Shown here: positions 27,682-39,160 of the stretch, piece after piece
How the letters are laid out: each line of letters opens with the position of its first letter
Numbering within the stretch: the first letter of the stretch is position 1
Assembly (NCBI GenBank): GCA_025786725.1
Contig: JAHLTZ010000008.1
Span: 620,001 to 684,000 of the forward strand
DNA: 64,000 nucleotides
From: Syncephalis fuscata S228
Taxonomy: Eukaryota; Fungi; Zoopagomycota
Direction: 5' to 3'
Position numbers and translations under genes: made by a program
The notes under the pieces: generated by a model
The model's input: the letters and a program-made list of their open reading frames with translations, nothing else
Database searches by the model: none
What the model was told of the DNA's origin: nothing

Positions 27682-28456
27682 GTTGACTGGTAGTTTGGTG
27701 CTTGGTATGATAAATGAATCGAACGCTAAAATGCTGGTGGCTTGTTTGACTTGTGCTATGAAGGCTGTTGCAAAAGAGTAGAGTACTGATGTTGTTGATA
27801 TTGACAACGCCAACTTGGTGCTATCATAGCCGCTATTTATTCTATAGAGAATGTCGTTGAACTCGATATATTATACTCCATACTCTCACATGCATCATAG
27901 CATCATCATCACCATCATTATTCATTTCGAATGCTAAACTAACATTAATAACACTGTTCACAGCATGTAATAGACATGCATAAATCAATGAACTTTTATT
28001 TTTGTACAGACAATATTTACCACGCTATGAACAACTAGACGTCATACTAATTTTAAATCTACATCATCCATAGTCTCGTCCTTTACAGTCAGACTAAGTA
28101 ACTTACCTAAAATCGCACAAATACGGCCATTGTCAATTGGTGTAACTCACTGGCCGTTATTTTTGCGAAACGGGTCGTTGATGCATTGCCACAAAGGCTA
28201 TGCTGTATAATAATCGGATACACTGCATATTAGTACATACTACTCACGCTCATTCAGGCTATTGATTGACATAACCACCATATGTATATATATATATATA
28301 TGCATGCTTAAATTAGACCAAATGATTTAAAAATAAACGAATGCTTTATAAACAGTTCACTGAGTATTAAAAATAGACATTCGTGCATGTAAAAGGAGAA
28401 AAACATAGATATCAAGTAAATATATGTATTAAATAAAGTCATACAATATAAAAAAG

Positions 28457-29615
28457 CTATCCTAGAATATGCGCATAATGGCCAGGAATACGTGCCAACA
28501 CTGTGGACAATCTTGTCGATAGCCCATAGAAAACTTGGATTCAGTCGATGGCTTTGATATAGATGATGCTATCCTATCCTGTAGGCTATCCTTGTTATCT
28601 CTGTTATTAGGCGGTGCTGTTACAAGCTCTGTAGCGCTAATGGCCATTATTGTATTGTCTCTATTATAAGTATCGAAAGTGGACGATACAGAGGCTAAAG
28701 ACTGAGCTGATTGCTGTTCCAATAACCAGCTATTATTAGTAGGCAATTCGTCATTGCGTGTCGGTGTGGCTGGCACGTTCGACATATTGCTAGCAGGTTT
28801 ATGCCAATCTATATTCATATTGGCTGCATTATTTTCTCGATTGTTGTTTTCCGTCATCGCCATTGTATCTTCTCCAAAGCGATGCTTTTTCTACAATATA
28901 TCATATTAAATTAAAATATTAACCACAATACTGTATAATTTAACTTGACATTATAAAAGATGGCAGATTGCCCACCATGCGATATAACGTTTATTCACAT
29001 TCCAAGCATATGTTTATATTCACGCGATATAAATTACTTTTATTTAATTTTGTTGGAATAGATGGTAATTGGAATTGATTATTGTTTATTAGAATAAAAT
29101 ATGGTTGACTTATATATTGAAAATAAGGGAGTAATTATAGGCGTGTGTATTACATTGTAATGTACAATGTAATATAATGGGGGTATGTGTAACGTTAAGA
29201 TCGGCCTTATTGTGATCAATGTAACATTGTACATGTTACAGTAATTGATGTCAGGCAATTGCCTGACGATCAGGGCCTTAGGCAAGTTGAATGAATGCGG
29301 GGTAAACGCATGCATTATTTCAATAAATTTACTTACCCGTATATGTTCCACTGCCAATATACCGTGACTACCAGATTCGTTGCGATCATTATTATTAGTG
29401 TCAATACTATGATGATTACTTGGTAGACTGGCAATATCTTTACTGTAGCTCATGCTATCAATATGAACGTTATGATAATGGTTAAGAGGAGGTGATGGCG
29501 GTAAATGAATAGTAGCAGTAGGTTCAACAGAATCTACCGGATCCAATCTTAAACGTTTCCGTCCTTGATTGTCACTCAAATTGTTTGGCATAATGGTATT
29601 AGTGGTGACAATCAT
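28457..29615 (-). CDS. Hypothetical fungal protein with C-terminal MGYRxDCxxC...PGHY motif (two exons, start uncertain)
   Basis: Exon 1 ends HIR|gtaagt (~29337); exon 2 KKHRFGEDT...KFSMGYRQDCPQC, then LARIPGHYAHILG* after a 1-nt shift. Confidence 0.55.
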
Positions 29616-30199
29616 GAACTGTTGAGAAGAGAGTAAAACGCGTGGCTCGCCGTCTTCTCTACTCTTAATAGTCGGTGTCACTAACGAATTAGAGAAAAAC
29701 AGCTTTGTTTCACTATTGTTTGACCATGGTAGCCTGTCGTGCATAGTGTGCACACCACAAGTATAGTAAGAAGAAACTAAAGATAGAGGGATACGAGCAA
29801 GGAAGAACCAGCAGTGAAATACATAAACTTATAGAATGCCAACAGAAGGAAAGAAAGAAAGAGTGAGCAGTCAAGCCAAGTCATAAATAAAACAAATGGC
29901 ACTACTTATTAAAGCGTGACGTTCAAGGAAAAAACGCTTTGGTTAACATCTACTCTGACCCCCCAAAGCAGCAAATTATTTTACGCAATCGATCGTAATG
30001 AGCTGATTAGATTGATTTGTGTTTAAATAATCATTAATAATAAACATTAATGTAATATCATCATTCACAATAAACATTAGTATAATGTAATAACATTATC
30101 ATTTTCATAAAATACAATTAAATGTAATAGAACATTGTATTAGTAATAATATTATACATTTAAATAAAACTTACATTCAATATCTGAAAAGTCCAAAAG

Positions 30200-30527
30200 T
30201 AAAATTCGTTTTAATTGAAATTATGCCGTTGTTATACATATCACAATTATATTGCTTTTTATTAATTATTTTTAATAAATTAATTTAAATAAATAACGTA
30301 AAATACTATTTGATTTTTTTGAAACATTTAAGGCCGATCATTGTTGTTACTGGCTATGTGTAGAAAGATTGATCGAATATTAATAAAAGCCATATAATTG
30401 CGATTCCATATCATTCCGCATTTGTTACTGTTGCATCTATATACAGTATGGAGTATTGCATCTTAATGGTCTTTTCTATTTTCTAATATTCTACTATTGT
30501 ATTTTGGACATATTTATGATGTAAGAT
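30200..30527 (-). repeat. Dispersed repeat family A, copy 2 (inverted)
   Basis: Reverse complement aligns by eye with 25237-25560 and has the same sharp ATCTTACATCA end. Confidence 0.85.
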
Positions 30528-32197
30528 ACCCGTCTATGGTGACAAGAAGGTAGGACAACTAGCGTTCTGATGTTCGCCATTTTCTTGAGTATTTTCAATA
30601 TCAACTTGGTAGATGCAGTTTATTTGCCAACCAGCAATGAAGCAAATGACCTTCATTATATGCAATAATGATAGGTTGAGTGTCTTTACCAGGAAGATTT
30701 TGTGGCAACAGTTGTAACCAAAATATACGGCATGCCGTTGAAGTTACTTGAACAGGTGGTGATGTAAAATAAGAAAAATAAGGACTAGGAATTGAATAGT
30801 TTTTTTTATTGATGTTAAAATACACACACTATTTACACTGTTATATTTGGCATTATTATGTATTATATTACTGAAGAGAACAATAAGATAATAATAAAAA
30901 AGACAGTAAAATGAGTAAATAAAAAGAAGTGAGAGTTAAAGTAAAAATGACTTGATCATGTAAGTATTGCGCGCTCAATCCAATCTAATGTTTTACTTTA
31001 ATATATAGATATATAAATTTTACTAATGGTCAATAAATGAAATTAATCTGTCTTTTTATTATTAAAATAATGTATAATGTTAGCTGCTTACTTTAATAAA
31101 TAACTAGATTAAGTCTTATAATAGTTGGCTTAGTTGGTGACTATATAAATGTAAGTATATAAGAAGTTACAATGCGATTGTAAATATTTATCCGTACAAA
31201 TAACCAGAATTATAAATTATAGCGGCAACAATAAGTTATCTAAGTACTAAACTTGTTAATTCAAGTTTATTTATATATCTCTTTATTTTCAGTGCGTTAT
31301 CTCGGTTTAACGTTGCCGCTGTTCTGATTGCATCAACAACAGCCAACTTTTGATAAATGTAGTCCAGCTTGACATAGCTATAATGATTTGCTATAGATTA
31401 AACCAGTAAGCCTTTGAGCTACCGATTTCTTTTCATTGGTTTCTGCTTTGGCTTGTCAAAATTGGTTTCAGAAATGTAAGCAGCACTTAGGCCTTGGATG
31501 ATTACCAATTGATACGCAATCCGTTGACATTATGCGCTCGAATTGCTGATATTTGGTTAAAACTTTTTATTGTGTCTAATCTAGTGTCTGCATATCGTAA
31601 TGTGTGTAATTTAACCGATACAATCTAGTTTACAACTGAAAACTGATGAAGAAAATGACTTGTTGGAATGTTTTATTGCTCAAAATGCTGTAATGCATCA
31701 TGATACAGACAGTATTTGTTGTATAATTGATTTTAAATGATTCGGATTAGCCGCCATTTGAATGGTGGTAGTCGCACAACATGTAGCATGATATGTCTGG
31801 ATGTGATGCATTTGTGAATTCAAAGCAGTGATTACCCTTATAACAATGGGCATAGTGTCGAATGAGATGCATGCATGTACCAATCAGCACACTTTATAAT
31901 TTGAAAACTACAACTGACCTATTTATAGCAGTAAAAATTTGTATAAAGTATCAGTTTGATACATTAAACTAGTTTTTGTATCAGTGCTGTGTGTTATTTT
32001 GGATGCATGCAGATATTGAGAACCGAATCGGTAGAAATAGTAGTAAAGACATTATTATAATTTTTACAAAGCCAAACAATATACTTGCTTTTACCAAATA
32101 GTTAGACCGTGTAACATAAAATACAGAATAATGTACATGGATTTATCACATATGTACTGCTCATTGGAATTGCCGCGTCATTTGCGTAAATGCCGAG

Positions 32198-32281
32198 GAG
32201 ATTGAAGTAAAGGCTGGGCAGGTTAAAATCAAGACCGGACAGGTTAAAATCAAGATTGAGTAGGTTGAAATCAAGGCTGGG
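32198..32281 (+). repeat. 21-bp tandem repeat, 4 imperfect copies
   Basis: gagattgaagtaaaggctggg / caggttaaaatcaagaccgga / caggttaaaatcaagattgag / taggttgaaatcaaggctggg. Confidence 0.8.
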
Positions 32282-32558
32282 AAACATGATATCACACCAT
32301 GAATTTATTGGTACATGTGCACCTCAAACCATTATTTGGATTGTTTTATTGGTTCATGCTACACATCAATGGTATATATCTTATGCTACGGTATACTAGC
32401 ATCTCAGTAAACCATAAGTTTAAATAGCCCACAAAATATACACAACCAACTGCGATATCATCATCACACTCTACTTCTTGCTAAACACACACTACTCTAC
32501 TTTATATCAACCACACTCTATCTCTTTTATTTGTTTGCCTTAACAAATCAATATCGCC

Positions 32559-34918
32559 ATGAAGCTTTCTATTGCCGTCGTTTGCACCATTGCCGTGGTT
32601 CTTGTGGCCAGTACAGCCATGGTGGATGCTAAACCAGCTTTAGTTCGTCGTGATGGTATGTTACAATATCACTAAATATAATAGCATTTGTTTATTAACA
32701 GTATTTTTAATTAATGACTATAATAGAGCGTAAGTTATATTGTATATCAATTGATTACTCACTAATTATATACCATGTACTGTGTCCATCAACAAATAAA
32801 TATCAATAGGTGGTAGGTTGTATTACATATTAATAGAACATACAATAATTACATACCATTTACTTTATTCATTAACAACTTAATATTAGCGGAATGTAAG
32901 TTGTATTGTATATTAATTGAACATTGACTAATAATATATTGTGAATTGTGCGTACCAACAACTCAATATTAATAGGTCGTAAGTAACATTGTATATTGAT
33001 TGACTATGTACTAACCACGTATTACGAACCATGTGTATCAACAACTTAATACTAATAGGCAGTAAGTTATATTGCATATTAACTGACTATGCACTAATTT
33101 TATACCATGCATTGTGTATATCAACAAATTAATACCAGAACAATGTAAGTTGTATTGCATATCACTTGATTATTGGCTAATTATATATTATGTGTTGCGT
33201 GTATCAACAACTTAATGTTAATAGGTCGTAAGTAGCATTGTATACTAACTGACTATGCACTGACCACGTGCTATGCATTATGTGTATAAAAACTTGATGA
33301 AATAGTTGGTAAATAGTATTGTATATTGCTGACTTATAAATTAATTATATACCATGTATTGTGCGCATCAACAAATTAATATAATAGCTGGTAAGTTATG
33401 TAGTATATGAATTAATTACTCGCTAATTATGTGTCATGTACCGTGTGTATCAACAAATTAATGATATAGAATGTAAGTATTATTGTACATTATTGGCCTA
33501 TGCATTAACTATGCTATTTACTGATTGTACCAATTAATTAATATTAATAGGCGGTAAGTTGTATTGTGTATTAATTATTATTTACTGATTGTACTAATTA
33601 TTTGATATTAATAGCTTGTAAGTGGCATTTTATATTAGCTAATTGTACATTAATCATGCTATTTATTGATAATATCGATTATTTAATACTAATAGGGCGT
33701 AAGTGATATTGTATATTAACTGACTATACATCAACTATGCTATTTATTGATTATACTAATTATTTAATATTAATAGCTCGTAAGTTGTATTGTATATTAA
33801 CTGGCTATACATTAACTATGCTATTTACTGATGGTATTAATTATTTAATACTAATAGAATGTAAGTAATACTATATATTAACTGACTATATATCAACTAT
33901 GCTATTTACTGATTGTGCCAATTATTTAATATTAATAGGCTGTAAGTGGTATTGTATATTAGCTGATTATATAATAACTATCCTATTTACTGATTGTGCC
34001 AATTATTTAATATTAATAGATTGTAAGTGTTATTGTATATTAGCTGACTGTACATTAACCATACTATTTACTGGTTGTGCCAATTATTTAATATTAATAG
34101 ACAGTAAGTGCTATTGTATATTAACTGACTGTTCACTAATTATATATTATGTACTGTATGTATCAACAAATTAATATTAATAGAATGTAAGTTATCGTGT
34201 ATTAATTGGCTATGTACTAACCGCATTCTATTTATTGTATGTATCAACAAATCAATATTAATAGGTTGTAAGTTGTGTTGCGTATTAACTAACTATTCAT
34301 TACTTATATACCATGTATTGTGTTCATCAATAACTTAATATTAATAGTTTGTAAGTGGTATTGTATATTAATTAATTACTTACTAATTACATGTTATTTA
34401 CTGTATCCATCAAAAACTTAATATTAATAGACAGTAAGTTGTGCTTTATATCAATAGAACATGCGCTAATTATATACTATGGATTGTATTCACCAACAAT
34501 TTGATATCAATAGATTGTAAGTGGTATTGTATATTAATTGATCACTCATTAACTACATGTTATTCACCATGCGTATCAACAACTTAATACTAATAGGTCG
34601 TAAGTAATATTGTATAGTTTTAAATTATAAATTAATTATATATCATGCATTGCGTATATCAACAACTTAATGCCATAGTTGGTAAGTTGTATTATATATT
34701 AGCTAACTATATACTAAGCACATATCATATTTTTGCCTATTGACAACTTAATATCAATAGGCAGTAAGTAGTATTGTATATTGCTAACTTATAAATTAAC
34801 TATAATATTTACGGACTGTACCAATTGTTTAATATTAATAGTTTGTAAGTAGTATTGTATATTGACTAACTATGCATTAATTATATGACATATAATATCT
34901 TTATTTACAAATACAGAA
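32559..34918 (+). CDS. Micro-exon gene encoding a 61-aa secreted 6-Cys peptide precursor (29 exons, 27 of them 3-6 nt)
   Basis: Exon 1 32559-32655 (signal peptide + KPALVRR D + 1 nt, donor GTATGT). Micro-exons: AGC 32727, GTG 32810, CGGAAT 32890, GTC 32976, GCA 33059, AACAAT 33139, GTC 33225, TTG 33306, CTG 33388, AAT 33470, GCG 33551, CTT 33615, GGC 33696, CTC 33777, AAT 33858, GCT 33939, ATT 34020, ACA 34101, AAT 34184, GTT 34265, TTT 34348, ACA 34431, ATT 34514, GTC 34597, TTG 34679, GCA 34761, TTT 34842; last exon from 34917. All flanked by YAG / GTA. Joined: ...VRRDERAECRKQCLAECAWPQCYYKCFYNCLGI*. Confidence 0.88.
32727..34916 (+). repeat. Tandem array of 27 diverged units, mostly 81-83 bp (each = micro-exon + intron)
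   Basis: Recurrent aatattaatAG-NNN-GTAAGTtgtattgtatattaa motif at regular spacing. Confidence 0.95.
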
Positions 34919-36859
34919 TAATTGATGGTTTCAAGACGTTAGTATTGTTAGTGCAATCGAACCACTATTCCAATACAATTTAGGTATATATTCGGTAAAA
35001 ATCAAGATTATTTGACAACTACGCCGTCCAGTCTATTTATATATCAAGTTTTGGCCAATGCTCCGGTTTATCCAGTCTTTAATCAATAGAATCATTATGT
35101 TACCAACAAACTTGTATCTAGTTGTTTCTATTCAACTGTGCAAGCTTATAGTAATAAACCTATGGTTCCATTTTAATTATATACAATCAAATTGCTATAT
35201 CTATAATTATGTTCTATTTACATTCAATGATTAACTATTAATCAAATAGTTAAATTAACAAAATGTCTATAATCGTATCGTCTAAGCTAATAGGCATATA
35301 TTGGTATGGATAGTAGCAAAGCTATTATTATCGTATAGCCAAATAATAGTATGCTGAAATTAAATAAATACGCTTTTCTAATAAAACATGACAATAAAGC
35401 ATAGAATATATAAAGGAAAATAGATAGATAATTTAGATACATGAATATTGATAGCGAAACTATATTGTATGCAATTAACTAAGAGTCATGAACGAAATAA
35501 AGCAAAATTTACTAAAGAAATAAAGCTAGTAATAAACTTTTAGATTTTGTTAATATAGTTTTCTATAACTTACAATGTTAATGATATAGATGGACATATA
35601 GTATATGTATGTGGGATAGATATGTACAGTCCAATAATAATAATGATAAGTAGATAGATTAATGACCAATGACACTCAACAGCCAGTTTCATCTTCAATA
35701 AAGCGGATATTTAGTTTAAATACGTGGTTATTATAGCTATTTAACTGCCAAATCACATTAAACAACCAATAGCATGCTCAATATTGTGGAAAAAGTGATC
35801 TTTATTTAGTTAATAAAAATATCATAAGATTTATACAAATCAAGTGGTTTAAATGATCCGTCACAGCACCCTCTTAAGCTTCTTTCGCCATGTTCCACAA
35901 CTCTTTTAAATTGAACATTGGAGCGACTACTGCGACATTTAAAATGAACGTTACAAGTAGATTGTTCTAGTTTATCAATGACAAATGCATGTTGACGGTT
36001 TTATTTTGCACATCTTCACTCTTGCTTGATACACCAACTAATTAATTAAGTTGATCAAAGCAATAACACTTTTATGTAATTCGGAATTATTTAATTGCTA
36101 TATCTGATATTCAAAATACTCTAAACCAATCTAATCTTATTTGTTGGTTAGATTTAAATCTAAAATATTTATTAATTAAACAGTTTTTGTTTGCATTACA
36201 CTTTATTTATTTTGATAGTTACTTCATTAGCAATTTGTATTTATTCAATAAAAAACGTTTATTTCAGCACAACCACTGTTCAACACAATTATGCTAATCT
36301 TTACATAGATGTTTTTGTATATGTTTTTTAGTTGCATTTACTACAAGTATATTTTGAAAGTTTTTTGACAGATAAAACACAATTGGTACTGCTGTTAATA
36401 TTGCTACAGTTAACTAAACTACGTTAATAAACAAAGTTTTAAATTAAAATTTGTTACATTTATTGTAATTGCCTTTTTTCTTATCAGGCATTTTTAGCTT
36501 TTTCAAAATTTATACAATTACAATCTTTGCTATAAATATGCTAATTTGATCTATTGTTATAAGCGAAAATCACTTAATATTAATACTATTTTTTTATTAA
36601 ATTGATATTAAAACATTTACGTTATTATTTCTATTTATTTTCCTCTTTTAATTACATGGTCAATATTACATCATTTTATCACTATTGTTATAATAATGCC
36701 ATTATTTTATTGAATTAAAAGCAGATTAAGCTTTGCAATAAAAAATAATAGCACTTATCAATTTATTATAATTGTTGGTGTGTATTAGATAATTAAACAT
36801 GTACGTAATGCTTTTATTTGTATATCTTTTAATTTCATATTTGAGAATGTAGCAACATC

Positions 36860-37160
36860 ATTTGTAATAGATTAGTAATGGATTTAATATTATTATTACC
36901 AGAATTATACGAACAACCATTAAAATGTTCAATATTGTACTAGGTAATCTTTACTAGGCCAGTTTTTTGCTTTTTGGCAGTCAAAACAAATTGGCATTTA
37001 TTTCTGGAACGGTATTCATGAGGACAAATAAGCTGTAATCTTGTTGAATCACTATTCTTACTCTTAAAATTGCAATTGTTAACAAGTTTAAACTCGTCAA
37101 CAGCAATCCTCAGTTTGCAATACTGTTAAATATATCTTTTTAAGTATTTTGGTAGACATT
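36860..37160 (-). repeat. Dispersed repeat family B, copy 2 (inverted)
   Basis: Reverse complement matches 25700-26000. Confidence 0.8.
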
Positions 37161-37479
37161 TGGTAAACTTTTAAACGGTGTATTTCAATAAATAAAGCTA
37201 AAAACAGCTTATTGTTACTTATTAAATAAATTTAATAAAATTGAAAACAATGCATTTTTCTATTTTTCCTTAATTTTATGGTCAAGTGCCATATGATCGA
37301 TAATATTGTCGTTATTGTTAGCCATTCCATTAAACACTATGACTATTCATTATCTAACTAACAAGTCTCTTATAAATACTAAACATTACCTTATTCAATA
37401 AAAAACAATAATTCTCAATAACTTCTCTAACTTTAACATCAAATGTTTTACCAATTGAATCTGTCTTTAAATACACTTT

Positions 37480-39160
37480 TATTTGTATTTGCCAAACAAC
37501 TCAGCAACAGCGTTGAAAGCTAGACTTAACTCGTCCATATCCCTAAATGCGATATCCCAATTTTGATGTACAATCTCTATGCTATCATTATCATTCTCGT
37601 CGTAATGTATCGTACCTTCATATCCTTCGTGATCAATAGCCACGACCACTGGGACCACTTGTCATAATTGCTTCCAAAGTAGCCTAGCTGTCACTGGAGC
37701 TGGGACATAGATTAATTACATACACCGCAGCACAGCCGTAATTTGGGCGTATTTTTCGGCACGACGACATTGCTCATCAAATACCGCTTCGGTCGCATCA
37801 ATTATCAATTTAAGCCGTATTTAGGTCTGTTGCGGCCATTATGTACGAGAATGTCTAGTCTTCCATTGTCTTGGCCGCGATTCTTGGCTTCCAGGAAGGC
37901 TCTGTAGCCTAATCCTGAGTACGCTCTTGGGAGCAGACTGTTAAGGATAATGCCAAACTCGGCTTGAAACGCATAGTCTGACGGAAATCCGCCACGTTCA
38001 AGGATTGCCTAGCCCAAAGGCGCTGAATAGACAGTTCTGTATAAATAGCATTGACCAAACAAATGTCAATATCAATCCATTGTCAATGAGCTTATACTAT
38101 ATATACAACACTCACCTTAATTATATGTTTAACAACCACCGAGGGTCAAGTTCATCCACGTTCGGTGGCCCTTCAGATAGCTCGATTTCCCGTATAGTCA
38201 TTGTTTCCAGCATCAAACTGCGAAGAATAGACGCACTGCACTTGGCTTGTTTGGTTGATCACAATGTTACTATCAAAGATTACGAGGTATACCTCGAAAT
38301 CTTCCACGGGGCTACCAGTAATCTCCAGAAACTTATTCGGATGCTCGGCGAACCACCGCAACAGTGCGTAGCAAAATGTGGATTTGCTACTCTGACGATG
38401 ACCATCGTAGAGAATAAACCTGCGCTTGAGGAGGTTCTCTCCAAAGTCCTGGACTTGTCTGGGCTCAATATAGAAGTTACTATCCGGGAATACTTCATTA
38501 GCGTGACCAAAGTGACGCGGCCCTGTAAAAACCAGCGAGTGATTGGTTAGACAAATTCGCATCCAGTACAGACCACGTTGCTAACAATAACAGCCAAATA
38601 ACTTACTGTTTAAAATAAGAAAATTGTACACATGTTCATATTCTTGTCTTAGGCGAAGTACTGATCTCTCGTCATAGAAAGCACCCATTCGTTTGAGTAA
38701 AAGACTGCCTGTAGAAAAAATAGGATAAAGTGTGAGAAGAGCTGATAACATTCATAACTAGTAACCTGGCAATATCGCGCCTGCACTACTTACTGGAAGG
38801 AGGTGGCGCTACAACAATCATGGCGTCCTCTTCCTATCGCCCTTCCCGGTCTCAATAAGCTCTGAAAGTGGAGTATCTTCTTCAATAGGCTCTCTCTGGT
38901 TGGTAGCATCTTCGTCGTTGTTGTAGACTTTTAGGTCGGACGAGGCTATGCCATCAAGCTTGTTTCTGAAAGCAACATCGGTGATAAGTGTTTTGCGGAG
39001 GTTGGCAATATCATTGCTTTGATTGGGATTTGTGATTTTATCAATGTCCAGCTCCGCAAAGCGTGAACTGTTTGGTGCAGCTTGAAGAGCTTGACCCAGA
39101 CTTTGATCACTGTATTCGCTAGAGCGGCTGGAGCAGCTGTGACGACTGGAGCGGCTAATC
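37480..39160 (-). pseudogene. Degenerate Crinkler(CRN)/RHS-type effector: ubiquitin-like N-terminus, P-loop NTPase fragment, restriction-endonuclease-like C-terminus
   Basis: VIKVWVKLF...NDIANLRKTL...LKVY...PIEEDTPL; ILYDGHRQSSKST (Walker A-like); PSDYAFQAEF...EAK...RLDILV...YG; several stops and frameshifts. Confidence 0.6.

Noticed and set aside
30530-31900. Possible coding remnants between repeat A copy 2 and the micro-exon gene
   Set aside because: Only short ORFs with no recognisable similarity; cannot support a call.
33899-34174. 91-aa repetitive ORF in the ORF track
   Set aside because: Read-through of 81-bp type-B units (27-aa period); a by-product of the repeat.
32727-34916. CRISPR array or plain non-coding minisatellite
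   Set aside because: Eukaryotic context, no cas genes, variable parts are only 3-6 nt; conserved splice signals and a coherent spliced Cys-patterned ORF explain the array better.
32643-34925. Phase-0 reading of the micro-exons (SVRNVANNVLLNALGLNAITNVFTIVLAFNN*), also open
   Set aside because: Needs a weak GTTCGT donor at 32643 that removes the RR site; the consensus donor GTATGT gives phase 1 and the regular Cys motif. Not excluded as a minor isoform.
38005-38550. 181-aa + strand ORF
   Set aside because: Antisense shadow of the CRN-like NTPase fragment on the minus strand.
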